Shown one piece after another: positions 9,072 to 18,531 of a stretch of DNA of 47,037 nt (its first letter is position 1; each line of letters begins with the position of its first letter). Under the pieces are notes generated by a model. The model had not been told where the DNA came from. It searched no databases and saw only the letters and a program-made list of their open reading frames with translations. This stretch comes from an uncultured Gemmatimonadaceae bacterium (lineage in GTDB: Bacteria; Gemmatimonadota; Gemmatimonadetes; Gemmatimonadales; GWC2-71-9). Both the position numbers and the translations under genes were made by a program. Where the stretch lies: the NCBI GenBank assembly GCA_964501735.1, contig CAZCVG010000004.1, forward strand, positions 1 through 47,037, given 5' to 3'.

Positions 9072-10049
9072 ATGAGACCATCCCGAGCCGTGCCCACCCT
9101 TCGGGTCGCAATCCCGCTGCTCGCGCTGCTGGTCGTCGCGCCCGCTGTGCGGGCGCAGTCGAGTCCCTGTCCGGCCGACACCGCTGCAACCGGACGGCTC
9201 TGCCAGGCCGGGGTGGATGCGCTCACCGCCTTCCTGCCGCTGGAGGGACTCCTCGCGAGCGGCGGCAACCCGGTACCGGGCACCGCAGCAGCCATCGGGC
9301 GGCTGGGCCGCTTCCGGGTGACCGGGCGGGTGGGCTTCGCCCGGGTCACCATCCCCGCGGGCGACTACGACGGCACTACCGACACCGTGCCGGCGGAGAA
9401 GCGGCTCCTGGTCCCGGTCCCCCGCCTGGACATCTCCCTCGGGCTCTTCAGCAAGACGCTGCCGCTAGGCACCGCGGCGGTGGACCTCCTCGGCTCGGCC
9501 GTCCTGATTCCAACTGGCGCCACCACCCGCATTGCCGTGGACGCCAATGCCCGTGAGGTGGCGTCCATGGCGCTGGGCCTGGGGTTCGGGCTGCGCGCCG
9601 CGCTGACGATGCCGGCGCCCAAGCCGACCGTCTCCCTGAGCGTGATGAAGCGGGACATGCCGGCCATCCGCTTCGGCGCCCGGGCTGACGGTGATCCGCT
9701 CCAGGCCTCCACCTCCCTCTCCGCCATCAACGTCCGCCTCATGGTCGGCGGGAAGGCCGGGCTGCTGACGCTGGCCGCCGGTGCGGGGATGGACCTGTAC
9801 AGCGGAACCGGAGTCGTCACCTATGCCGACTCGACCCAGGCCAGTGGGGATAGCACCGTGACGGTCGAGTTGAGCACCTCCAGAATCATGACCACACTCA
9901 ATGCCGGCCTCGAGGTCGGCCCACTGCATCTCTGGGCCGAGGGGGGGCTTCAAGTGGGGAAGAAGACCGATCTCGCGACACCTTTCGAGCTCAACGATCC
10001 CAGCAGCAGCCGCTTCTACGGTGGTACGGGGGTGTCCTTCCGGTTCTGA
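9072..10049 (+). CDS. outer-membrane beta-barrel protein, unknown family, paralog B (325 aa)
   Basis: Signal peptide ..VVAPAVRAQ. Shares LC.AGVDA, GLL.SGGNPV.G, A.GLGFG.R and the C-terminal aromatic motif (..GVSFRF) with paralog A. Confidence 0.75.
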   Translation: MRPSRAVPTLRVAIPLLALLVVAPAVRAQSSPCPADTAATGRLCQAGVDALTAFLPLEGLLASGGNPVPGTAAAIGRLGRFRVTGRVGFARVTIPAGDYDGTTDTVPAEKRLLVPVPRLDISLGLFSKTLPLGTAAVDLLGSAVLIPTGATTRIAVDANAREVASMALGLGFGLRAALTMPAPKPTVSLSVMKRDMPAIRFGARADGDPLQASTSLSAINVRLMVGGKAGLLTLAAGAGMDLYSGTGVVTYADSTQASGDSTVTVELSTSRIMTTLNAGLEVGPLHLWAEGGLQVGKKTDLATPFELNDPSSSRFYGGTGVSFRF

Positions 10050-10106
10050 CCCCCGAATCCACCCCCTCCGTTCCGCCGCCCCGCCTTTGCCCCTAAATTC
10101 CCGCCC

Positions 10107-11198
10107 GTGAACGATTTCGAAGCCATGGGCCGGGCCCTGGAACTCGGCTGGCGCGGCTGGGGGCGGGTATCCCCCAACCCGCTGGTAGGGGCCGTCGTGC
10201 TCCAGCATGAAACCGTGGTCGGTGAGGGGTGGCACGCCGAGTACGGCGGGCCGCACGCCGAGGCCCACGCGCTCGCGGCCGCGGGAGGGAGGGCTCGAGG
10301 AGCCACCCTGGTGGTCACCCTGGAGCCCTGCAACCACACCGGCAAGCAGCCACCCTGCTCGGAGGCCATCATTGAGGCGGGGATCAGGCGGGTTGTCGCC
10401 GCGGCCCCAGACCCCAACCCCGAGGCCGCCGGTGGCGCCGAGCGGCTCCGGGCCGCTGGGGTGGAGGTCGAGCTGGGGCTTCGGGCCGAGGAGGCGGGGG
10501 CGCAGAGCGCCTTCTTCTTCCACTCGTTCAAGGGGCTGGCCCGCCCGTTCGTCGCCCTGAAGCTGGCCACCACGCTGGACGGCCGGATCGCGGACCATGG
10601 CGGGAGATCCCGGTGGATCTCGGGGGACGCTGCCCGCGACTACGTCCACTGGCTCCGGGCCGGGTTCGATGCCATTGGCGTGGGTGGCCACACCGCCCGG
10701 ACCGACGACGCCTCGCTCACCGTGCGGGGAGAACTGCAGCCGCGCCAGCCGCCGAAACGGGTGGTCTTCGACCGATTGGGTGACCTGCCCCTGGACTCCG
10801 CCATGGTGCGCTCGGCCAGCGAGATTCCGACCATCGTGATCGCCACCCCGGCCACCCCGACGGCCCGGCTCGGGCCGCTGGAAGCAGCGGGGGTCGTGGT
10901 GCAGCGACCGCCGACGCTGGCAATAGGCTTGCAGTCACTTCGGATGATGAGGATCGGCTCCATCCTCGTGGAAGGCGGCGGCCGGCTGGCCGCCCAGCTC
11001 CTCGCCCAGGGCCTGGTGGACCGGTACTACTGGATCCAGTCCCCCCTCTGGCTGGGGGAGACCGGCATCCCCGCCGTGGCGGGGCTGCCAGGCCAGACCC
11101 TGGTGGAGGCCGAGCGCTGGCGGGTGGTGGAACGCCGGGCGCTCGGGGAGGATACCCTCTTGGTGGTGGATCGGGAGTCATGTTTACCGGAATCGTGA
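10107..11198 (+). CDS. ribD: bifunctional diaminohydroxyphosphoribosylaminopyrimidine deaminase / 5-amino-6-(5-phosphoribosylamino)uracil reductase
   Basis: GTG start. Contains PNPLVGAV, HAE and PC..TGKQPPC zinc motifs, and a C-terminal reductase domain (ILVEGG). Confidence 0.95.
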   Translation: MNDFEAMGRALELGWRGWGRVSPNPLVGAVVLQHETVVGEGWHAEYGGPHAEAHALAAAGGRARGATLVVTLEPCNHTGKQPPCSEAIIEAGIRRVVAAAPDPNPEAAGGAERLRAAGVEVELGLRAEEAGAQSAFFFHSFKGLARPFVALKLATTLDGRIADHGGRSRWISGDAARDYVHWLRAGFDAIGVGGHTARTDDASLTVRGELQPRQPPKRVVFDRLGDLPLDSAMVRSASEIPTIVIATPATPTARLGPLEAAGVVVQRPPTLAIGLQSLRMMRIGSILVEGGGRLAAQLLAQGLVDRYYWIQSPLWLGETGIPAVAGLPGQTLVEAERWRVVERRALGEDTLLVVDRESCLPES

Positions 11199-11782
11199 CC
11201 GCGATGGGCACGGTGCGGGCGGTGGGCCGCACTCCCGAGGGCCTCTCCCTCCGGATTGGGGCTCCCTACCGCGGTATCCGCAAGGGGGAGAGCATCGCGG
11301 TGGATGGCGCCTGCCTGACCGTGGAGCGCACCGGGGCCGGCTGGTTCTCGGTGCATGCGGTCGAGACCACCCTCGCCCGCACCCGCATCGGCGGGTACGT
11401 GAAGGGCCAGCGGGTCAACCTGGAGCGGGCACTCAAGGCCGGGGACCGGCTGGGTGGGCACCTGGTGCAGGGGCACGTGGATGGCGTGGGAACGGTCGAG
11501 CGGGTGGTGCGCCAGGGCGATGCCTGGCTGCTGGATGTCCGGGTGCCGGACGCGGTGGCCCGGGTCTCCATCCCGCTCGGCTCGATCACGGTGGACGGGG
11601 TGAGCCTGACCGTCAACGCCATCCCCGGCCCGGGCCTCATCCAGCTGTCCATCATCCCGTTTACCTTTCAGCACACCACCCTGGGGCAGCGCCGGCCGGG
11701 CGAGCAGGTTCACCTGGAAGGCGATACCATCGGGAAGTACGTTGACCACCTGATGCAGCGGCCGGCGGGCCGCGACTCATGA
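11180..11782 (+). CDS. ribE: riboflavin synthase
   Basis: MFTGIV N-terminus and a duplicated barrel with GDRLGGHLVQGHVD. It overlaps ribD by 19 nt. Confidence 0.95.
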   Translation: MFTGIVTAMGTVRAVGRTPEGLSLRIGAPYRGIRKGESIAVDGACLTVERTGAGWFSVHAVETTLARTRIGGYVKGQRVNLERALKAGDRLGGHLVQGHVDGVGTVERVVRQGDAWLLDVRVPDAVARVSIPLGSITVDGVSLTVNAIPGPGLIQLSIIPFTFQHTTLGQRRPGEQVHLEGDTIGKYVDHLMQRPAGRDS

Positions 11783-12984
11783 CTTTCGGCACCATCGAGC
11801 AGGCCATCGAGGACCTCCGCAACGGCAAGTTCATTGTCGTGGCGGACGACGAAGAACGCGAGAACGAGGGCGACCTCATCTGCGCGGCGGAGCTGGTGAC
11901 GCCGGAGATGGTGAATTTCATCATCACCCACGCCCGGGGCCGCCTCTGCCTCGCCCTCACCGGGGAGCGCTGCGACGAGCTGGAACTGCCGCAGATGGAG
12001 AGCCGGAACACCGAGTCCATGCGGACCGCCTTCACGGTCACCATTGACGCCGACCCCCGCTTCGGGGTGACCACCGGCATCTCGGCCTCTGACCGCGCCA
12101 AGACGATCCACGTCGCCATCAACCCCAAGACCGCCCCGGAGGACCTGCGCCGGCCGGGCCACGTGGACCCGGTGCGGGCCCGGCCCGGCGGTGTGCTGCA
12201 GCGGGTGGGGCACACCGAGGCGGCCGTGGACCTCCCTCGCCTGGCGGGGCTCTACCCTGCGGGCGTCATGTGCGAGATCATGGGCCGCGACGGCGAGTCG
12301 GCCCGGCGCCCGGAGCTGGAGGTGTTCTGCCGGGAGCACGGGCTGACGTTCATCACGGTGGCCCAGCTGGTGGCCTACCGGCTGCGCATGGAACGGCTGG
12401 TGCACCGCCAGGCCGAGGCCCGGATGCCCACCGAATTCGGCGACTTCCGGATCCTGGCCTACAGCAACGACGTGGACGGCGCCCAGCACGTGGCGCTGGT
12501 CATGGGGCAGGTCGAGGGGGAAAAGGACATCCTGGTGCGGATGCACTCCAAATGCCTGACCGGGGACGTGTTCGGCTCCCAGCGCTGCGACTGCGGCCCC
12601 CAGCTTCACGCCGCCATGCGGGCCATCGGGCAGGCGGGGCGGGGCGTGATCGTCTATCTCGACCAGGAAGGGCGGGGCATCGGGCTGGTGAACAAGGTCC
12701 GCGCCTATGCTCTCCAGGATGACGGCGACGACACCGTCCAGGCCAACGCCCGGCTGGGATTCGGCCCCGACCTCCGCAACTACGGTATCGGCGCCCAGAT
12801 CCTGCGCGACCTCGGCCTCAGCTCGATCCGGATCATGACCAACAACCCGCGCAAGCTGGTCGGGCTCGATGGCTACGGCCTCGAGATCGTCGAGCGGGTG
12901 CCGCTGATCACCGACCCCAACAGCGAGAACCGCGCCTACCTGGAAGCCAAGCGCGACAAGCTCGGCCACCTCCTGGCCCACTGA
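11779..12984 (+). CDS. ribBA: bifunctional 3,4-dihydroxy-2-butanone-4-phosphate synthase / GTP cyclohydrolase II
   Basis: ATGA overlap. DHBP synthase N-terminal half (DDEERENEGDL) and GCH-II C-terminal half (RCDCGPQL). Confidence 0.95.
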   Translation: MTFGTIEQAIEDLRNGKFIVVADDEERENEGDLICAAELVTPEMVNFIITHARGRLCLALTGERCDELELPQMESRNTESMRTAFTVTIDADPRFGVTTGISASDRAKTIHVAINPKTAPEDLRRPGHVDPVRARPGGVLQRVGHTEAAVDLPRLAGLYPAGVMCEIMGRDGESARRPELEVFCREHGLTFITVAQLVAYRLRMERLVHRQAEARMPTEFGDFRILAYSNDVDGAQHVALVMGQVEGEKDILVRMHSKCLTGDVFGSQRCDCGPQLHAAMRAIGQAGRGVIVYLDQEGRGIGLVNKVRAYALQDDGDDTVQANARLGFGPDLRNYGIGAQILRDLGLSSIRIMTNNPRKLVGLDGYGLEIVERVPLITDPNSENRAYLEAKRDKLGHLLAH

Positions 12985-12988
12985 TCCG

Positions 12989-13462
12989 ATGCCGGACTAC
13001 CGCGGGCAGCTCCGGGCCACCGGGCGCATTGCCATCCTGGTGAGCCAGTACAACGAGCGCGTCACGGCCCGGCTTTTGGACGGCGCGCTGGCCTGCTGCC
13101 GTGAGGCGGGCGCGGGCGACGTGGACGTCATCTGGCTCCCCGGCGCCTTCGAGCTGGGCGCCGCCGCCGCCAGCGCCGCGGCCACCGGGCGGTACTCGGC
13201 CATTGTCGCGCTGGGGGCGGTGATCCGGGGAGAGACGGCCCACTTCGACTTCGTGGCCGGCGAGGCGGCGCGGGGACTCTCCGAGGTCGCCGTCCGGCAT
13301 GGCCTGCCGGTGGCCTTCGGCGTCCTGACCACCGACACGATGGACCAGGCCATGGCCCGAGCCGGTGGCACCGCCGGTAACAAGGGCTACGAGTCGGCCG
13401 AGGCGGCGATCCGCACCGCCCACGTGCTGGCCCAGTTGCGGAGCGCGAATGCTCAGGCCTGA
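12989..13462 (+). CDS. ribH: 6,7-dimethyl-8-ribityllumazine synthase
   Basis: 157 aa with WLPGAFELG and THFDFV motifs. Confidence 0.95.
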   Translation: MPDYRGQLRATGRIAILVSQYNERVTARLLDGALACCREAGAGDVDVIWLPGAFELGAAAASAAATGRYSAIVALGAVIRGETAHFDFVAGEAARGLSEVAVRHGLPVAFGVLTTDTMDQAMARAGGTAGNKGYESAEAAIRTAHVLAQLRSANAQA

Positions 13463-13862
13463 AAGCAAGGCGCGGGCCCGCGCCCTGCAGATCCTGTACT
13501 CCATGGAACTGGTCGGTGATCTCAGCCTGGCGGACGCGGTGACCCGGCTGGCCCGGCTGACCGGCCCCGACCCGCTGGTCTACGACCAGGCCGAGGCCCT
13601 CGCCCAGGCGGTGCTCCGGGAGCGGGACGAGCTGGACCGGCATTCCATCGAGGCGGCGGAGCACTGGCGGCTGGACCGCATCGCGCCGGTGGAGCGCAAC
13701 ATCCTGCGGATCGGCGTGCACGAGTTACTGCTCGGCGCCGCGCCACCCAAGGTGGTGATTGACGAGGCGCTCCAGCTGGCGCACTTCTTCGGCGGCACCA
13801 AGGCCCCGGCATTCATCAACGGGGTGCTGGACCGGGTGGCCCACCGGCTCGGGCGCCTGTGA
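13449..13862 (+). CDS. nusB: transcription antitermination factor NusB
   Basis: The ATG at 13449 gives MLRPESKARARALQILY and a 137-aa protein. The upstream part of the track ORF overlaps ribH and is not NusB-like. Confidence 0.9.
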   Translation: MLRPESKARARALQILYSMELVGDLSLADAVTRLARLTGPDPLVYDQAEALAQAVLRERDELDRHSIEAAEHWRLDRIAPVERNILRIGVHELLLGAAPPKVVIDEALQLAHFFGGTKAPAFINGVLDRVAHRLGRL

Positions 13863-14989
13863 ATATCCTCGTGGTGAACTGGCAGGACCGGGAGAATCCC
13901 CAGGCCGGGGGCGCCGAGATCCACCTGCACGAGATCTTCGGCCGCCTGGCCGCCCGCGGTCACCGCATCCGGCTGGTCTGTTCAGGCTGGAAGGGCGCTC
14001 CGGCGAGGGCGGTGGTGGATGGTATCGATGTCGAGCGGCGAAGCGACCGCAACGGGTTCGCGCTCGCCGGGCGGCGGGCGGTGCGCGAGGCGCTCTCCCG
14101 GGAGCCGCCCGACGTGCTGATCGAGGATGTGAACAAGATCCCGCTGTTCACCGCCACGCTGACCCGGGCGCCGGTCGGGGTGATCATCCCCCACCTCTTC
14201 GGGACCACGGTCTTCCAGGAGGCGCCCTGGCCGGTGGCGGCCCTGGTCTGGCTGCTCGAGCGGCCCATTCCCCGGGCGTATCGCCGGGCGTGGTTCCATG
14301 CCATCAGCCAGAGCACACGGGACGACCTCGTGGCGCGCGGGGTGCCACCGGAACGGATCGTGGTGATTCACCCGGGAGTGGACGCGACCGTTTTTCGGCC
14401 CGAGGCCTCCCCAGCCCGGACTCCCCAGCCGGCCTTCCTGTATATCGGGCGCCTGAGGAGATATAAAGGAGTAGAATTCGCCATCCGGGCGGTGGCGTTG
14501 GCCCGGCGGTCCAATCCGTCGGTGCGGCTGCTCGTCGCCGGCTCGGGGGAGGATCGCCCCCGGCTGGAGGCACTCCGGAACCGCCTGGGCCTGGCGGACG
14601 GGGTGGAGTTCCTGGGTTTCGTCTCCGAGGCCCGGAAACTGGAGCTGCTGCAGACCGTGTGGGCCAACGTGTTCCCGTCGCCCAAGGAAGGGTGGGGTAT
14701 CACCAACGTGGAGGCGGCGGCGTGCGGCACCCCATCGCTGGCCTCCGACAGCCCGGGGTTGCGGGACTCGGTGCGCGACGGCATCACCGGATTCCTGGTG
14801 CCTCACGGAGACCCGGAGGCGCTGGCGGCCCGGATGCTCCAGCTGGCCGGGGACCCGGCGCTGGTGGAGCGGCTGGGCGGGCAGGCCCGGCAATTCGCCG
14901 AGTCGCTGAGCTGGGACCAGGCGGCGGCAGAGACGGAAGCGTGGGTGCAGGGCATGGTGGACGGTCCACCCGCGGGGCACCGTACCTGA
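13859..14989 (+). CDS. glycosyltransferase family 4 protein
   Basis: GTGA overlap with nusB. GT-B fold with EGWGITNVEAAACGTP (E-x7-E region). Confidence 0.85.
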   Translation: MNILVVNWQDRENPQAGGAEIHLHEIFGRLAARGHRIRLVCSGWKGAPARAVVDGIDVERRSDRNGFALAGRRAVREALSREPPDVLIEDVNKIPLFTATLTRAPVGVIIPHLFGTTVFQEAPWPVAALVWLLERPIPRAYRRAWFHAISQSTRDDLVARGVPPERIVVIHPGVDATVFRPEASPARTPQPAFLYIGRLRRYKGVEFAIRAVALARRSNPSVRLLVAGSGEDRPRLEALRNRLGLADGVEFLGFVSEARKLELLQTVWANVFPSPKEGWGITNVEAAACGTPSLASDSPGLRDSVRDGITGFLVPHGDPEALAARMLQLAGDPALVERLGGQARQFAESLSWDQAAAETEAWVQGMVDGPPAGHRT

Positions 14990-15009
14990 GACAGCGAGGG
15001 AGGAGCGCG

Positions 15010-15315
15010 ATGCAGACCACAGTCACGGCCCGCCACTGCGAGATCTCCGAGGAACTCCGGGCGCGCGCCACCGCGGTGCTTGCCCGCCTGGCCTCGGTGG
15101 TGCACCGGCCGGTGGAGGGCATGGTGCTGTTCGATGTCGGGCCGGCCTCGGCTACCGCCGAGATCAGGTTCCACGGCAGCCGGGGCGACGACTTCGTCGC
15201 CACCGGGGAGGGGAAGGACCACCGCTCGGCGCTGGACCGGGCGGAGGACAAGCTCCGCCGCCAGGCGGTGAAGGCCGGCACCCGGCGGGGCCGGGGCACC
15301 CGGGGCGCCGTGTGA
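15010..15315 (+). CDS. hpf: ribosome hibernation factor, short HPF/RaiA type (101 aa)
   Basis: GAGGGAGGAG lies upstream. MQTTVTARHCEISEELR... matches the sigma54-modulation/S30EA family N-terminal domain. Confidence 0.85.
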   Translation: MQTTVTARHCEISEELRARATAVLARLASVVHRPVEGMVLFDVGPASATAEIRFHGSRGDDFVATGEGKDHRSALDRAEDKLRRQAVKAGTRRGRGTRGAV

Positions 15316-16277
15316 CGATCAGCATTCGCGACCTGCTGGCCCGCAAGGGCGATCCGCTGCAGCTCGAGCCCCTGACCGGCGAGCTTGGGCTGGACCGCCC
15401 CATTCCCGATCCCGAGGTCGCCAGCCCGGGGCTGGCGCTGGCCGGCTACACCGGCCGCTTCATGCCGCGGCGGCTTCACGTGCTGGGCGAGACCGAGATC
15501 ACCTACCTCAATGCCCTCGAGGCCGGGGAGCGGCGCTCCCGGCTGGAGCAGTTCTTCAAGTTCGAGCTGCCGGTCATCTTCGTCACCAAGAACCAGGATG
15601 TGCCCCCGGACCTGCTCGACCTTGCCCGGGTGCGGGGGGTGCCCCTCCTGAAGAGCCGCCTCAAGACGGCCGAGTTCTATCGCCGGATCAAGCCCATCGT
15701 GGAGGCCGCGTTCGCCCCCACCACCACGCTGCACGGGTCGCTGGCGGACGTCTACGGGGTGGGCCTGCTGTTCATCGGCAAGTCCGGCATCGGCAAGAGC
15801 GAGTGTGTCCTCGACCTGATCGAGCGGGGACACCGGCTGGTGGCAGACGACATCGTCCAGGTGACCCGCCGGGGCAGCGACATCCTGATCGGGCAGGGCC
15901 ACGAGCTGGCGGCCCACCACATGGAAATCCGGGGGGTGGGGCTGATTGACATCCCCGCGCTGTTCGGCGTGCGATCGGTCCGCCAGCAGAAGCGCATTGA
16001 GGTGGTGGTGCAGCTGGAGGCCTGGGAAACCGCCCAGGATGCCGAGCGCACCGGCCTGGGCCAGCTGGAGACGACGATCCTCGAGGTGGCGCTCCCCCGT
16101 GTCATCGTACCGCTCAACCCCGGCAAGAACATCACCGTCATCGCCGAGGTCGTGGCGATGATGCACCTGCTGCGCTACTCTGGCGTGGACGTGGCGGCGG
16201 CCTTCAACGAGCGCCTGATCCGGAAGATGAAGGAAAAACAGGGACTGCGAGAGTACCTGCAGGACGACTATGAGTGA
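15312..16277 (+). CDS. hprK: HPr kinase/phosphorylase
   Basis: GTGA overlap with hpf. Walker A GKSGIGKSE and the HMEIRGVG..D signature. Full length at 321 aa. Confidence 0.95.
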   Translation: MTISIRDLLARKGDPLQLEPLTGELGLDRPIPDPEVASPGLALAGYTGRFMPRRLHVLGETEITYLNALEAGERRSRLEQFFKFELPVIFVTKNQDVPPDLLDLARVRGVPLLKSRLKTAEFYRRIKPIVEAAFAPTTTLHGSLADVYGVGLLFIGKSGIGKSECVLDLIERGHRLVADDIVQVTRRGSDILIGQGHELAAHHMEIRGVGLIDIPALFGVRSVRQQKRIEVVVQLEAWETAQDAERTGLGQLETTILEVALPRVIVPLNPGKNITVIAEVVAMMHLLRYSGVDVAAAFNERLIRKMKEKQGLREYLQDDYE

Positions 16278-16644
16278 ACCGGCACGGGGCATCGTCATCG
16301 CCCACGGCGAGCTGGCCGCCGCCCTCATCGAGGCTGCCGAGCGCATCGGCGGCGAGCAGGGGGCGCTGGTGGCCGTCTCCAACGACGGCTGCGGCCGCGA
16401 GGAGATCGCGCGCAAGCTGGCCGAGGCCGCCGGGGCGGGGCCGGCCGTGGTGTTCGTGGACATGCCCTGCGGCTCGTGCTTCTTCGCCGCGATGCACCTC
16501 GCGCACGAGCGCCAGGATGTCCGGGTGGTCACCGGGGTCAACCTCCCCATGCTGCTCGACTTCATGAACAACCGGGCCCTGCCGCCGGGCGATGGGGTGG
16601 TCCGGGCGGCCGAAAAGGGCGCGGACGCGATCCGCAAGGGCTGA
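16270..16644 (+). CDS. PTS mannose/fructose/sorbose-family EIIA component
   Basis: GIVIAHG has the phospho-His in the expected position. 124 aa, with an 8-nt overlap with hprK. Confidence 0.85.
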   Translation: MSEPARGIVIAHGELAAALIEAAERIGGEQGALVAVSNDGCGREEIARKLAEAAGAGPAVVFVDMPCGSCFFAAMHLAHERQDVRVVTGVNLPMLLDFMNNRALPPGDGVVRAAEKGADAIRKG

Positions 16645-17117
16645 TGCCGATCCAGCTCTACCGGGTCGACGACCGCCTGGTCCACGGCCAGGTGGTCATC
16701 GGATGGGGCAAGCCCCTGGGCATCGGCTTCGTGATCCTGGTGGACGACGCCGTGTACGCCAGCGAGTGGGAGCGGGACCTCTACCGCATGGGGGTGCCGC
16801 CGGAAGTGGAGCTCATCTTTGCGGGAGTGCCCGAGGCGGTGGCCCAGATGCCGGCCTGGCGGGCCGACCCGCGCCACGGCCTGGTGCTCACCGCCGATGT
16901 AACCACCATGGCGGCCGTGTGCCGGGGGGCGCCCCCCGTGGCCAAGGTCAACCTCGGCGGCCTGCATCACAAGCCGGGCCGGCGTCCCCGGCTGCCGTAC
17001 GTGTACCTCACCGACGAGGAGTTCGGCGTGCTGCAGGATCTGGCGGCCAGCGGAGTCGAAATCACCGCCCAGGACCTGCCCACCACCCAGCCGGTCCCGC
17101 TGGAGGAGCTGCGATGA
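16644..17117 (+). CDS. PTS mannose-family EIIB component
   Basis: RVDDRLVHGQV matches the IIB-Man phospho-His motif. Its start shares 1 nt with the EIIA stop. Confidence 0.85.
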   Translation: MPIQLYRVDDRLVHGQVVIGWGKPLGIGFVILVDDAVYASEWERDLYRMGVPPEVELIFAGVPEAVAQMPAWRADPRHGLVLTADVTTMAAVCRGAPPVAKVNLGGLHHKPGRRPRLPYVYLTDEEFGVLQDLAASGVEITAQDLPTTQPVPLEELR

Positions 17118-17797
17118 CGCTTGGCCCGGGGACCACCTTGGCCGCCCTGCTCGCCTGGGGCACGCTGGTGGGCATGGACCTGGTGAGCGTGCCCCAGGCA
17201 CTGCTCTCCCGGCCGCTGGTCACGGCGCTGGGCACCGGGCTGATCCTCGGGGATGTCCCCACCGCCCTGGTGGTCGGGCTGGCGCTCGAGCTCTTCGCGC
17301 TCGACGTCCTGCCGGTGGGCGCCTCGCGCTACCCCGACTACGGGGCCGCGACGATCGGCGCCGTGGTGTTCGCCGACGGAGCGGGCGCCTGGCAGGAGTC
17401 GCTGGGCGTGGCCACGCTCTTCGGGCTGGTCATGGCGTCCATCGGCGGGTGGACCCTGCAGTGGCACCGGGAAGCGGGCGGCCGGGCGCTGCGCAACCAG
17501 GCCGCGGGACTCGCGGCCGGCGATCCCGTGACCATCGCCCGGCTGCACTGGCGCGGCATCTCCGGGGACGCGATCCGGAGCCTCTTCCTCACCCTCGTGG
17601 CCCTGCTCGGCGCCGGCCTCCTGCTGGCGCGTTTCGAGGAAGGCAACCCGCGCCTCATGCTGGTCACCGCGGTGGCGGTCGGGGCGGGACTCTGCGCCGC
17701 CCTCGGCGGGGCCATCCGGAGCGCGGGGCGGGGGGCGCGGCTTCGCGCCCTGGCGGTGGGGACGGCCCTGGGCCTTCTCTACCTGGTGGTCCAATGA
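17114..17797 (+). CDS. PTS mannose/sorbose-family EIIC component (227 aa)
   Basis: ATGA overlap. Polytopic membrane protein whose N-terminus resembles the EII-Sor family. Confidence 0.75.
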   Translation: MTLGPGTTLAALLAWGTLVGMDLVSVPQALLSRPLVTALGTGLILGDVPTALVVGLALELFALDVLPVGASRYPDYGAATIGAVVFADGAGAWQESLGVATLFGLVMASIGGWTLQWHREAGGRALRNQAAGLAAGDPVTIARLHWRGISGDAIRSLFLTLVALLGAGLLLARFEEGNPRLMLVTAVAVGAGLCAALGGAIRSAGRGARLRALAVGTALGLLYLVVQ

Positions 17798-18531
17798 ACG
17801 CCGGGGCGCTGCGGGCGTTCTTCCGGCTGTTCGCGATCCAGGGCGCCTGGAACTACGAGCGGCTCACGGGGATCGGCATGGGCTACGCGGCCGAGCCTCT
17901 GCTGGAGGACCTCAAGCTCTCGGACCCGGCCCGCCATGCCGAGGCGGCGGTGCGCTCGGCGGAATACTTCAACTCGCACCCGTACCTCGCCGGTGCCGCC
18001 TTGGGTGCGCTGGTCCGCGCCGAGTATGACCAGGTGCCCGGGGCCCAGATCTCCCGGCTCCGCACCGCGCTGACCAGCCCGCTGGGCGCCCTGGGTGACC
18101 AGCTCTTCTGGGCCGGGCTGGTGCCGACGGCCGTGGCGGCCGCGGGGATCGCCGTGGTGCTCGGCCTGGGCCCGTGGCCGATCGTCGCAATAGTGGTCGC
18201 CTACAACGTGGTGCGGGTGGCCACATCGTGGTGGGCCCTGCAGGCCGGGCTCCGCTCGGGCATGCGGGTCGGCGCCGCCCTGGGGGAGTCGTGGCTGCCT
18301 GCCACGGCCGTCCGGGCCGGGATCGTGGCCGGGGCGGTGGTGGGCGCCCTGCTGCCGCTGGCGGCCGGCTGGCTGCTCGAGGGACAGCAGGGCACCGGCC
18401 TGGCCGTGGCGCTGGCCACCCTGGCCGTCGGACTGGGGGCCGGCTGGGCGCTCGGCCCCCGGGTGACAGCTGTCCGCTTCGGTCTCGCGGCCCTCGGCGC
18501 CGCGGTGCTCATCGCCTGGGGACTGCCATGA
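17794..18531 (+). CDS. PTS mannose-family EIID component (245 aa)
   Basis: ATGA overlap. LFAIQGAWNYERLTGIGMGY matches the IID signature (Q..WNYER). C-terminal TM segments. Confidence 0.8.
   Translation: MNAGALRAFFRLFAIQGAWNYERLTGIGMGYAAEPLLEDLKLSDPARHAEAAVRSAEYFNSHPYLAGAALGALVRAEYDQVPGAQISRLRTALTSPLGALGDQLFWAGLVPTAVAAAGIAVVLGLGPWPIVAIVVAYNVVRVATSWWALQAGLRSGMRVGAALGESWLPATAVRAGIVAGAVVGALLPLAAGWLLEGQQGTGLAVALATLAVGLGAGWALGPRVTAVRFGLAALGAAVLIAWGLP

Noticed and set aside
14784-17201. An 805-aa minus-strand ORF antisense to hpf/hprK/PTS genes. Similar long antisense ORFs occur at 19805-21748, 26137-28401, 27626-29521, 32579-34807, 11710-12981, 9465-10691 and 4699-5886.
   Set aside because: The translations are Arg/Gly/Pro/Ala-rich with no recognisable motifs. 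Each lies opposite a gene with unmistakable family signatures. Stop-poor antisense frames are expected at this GC content.
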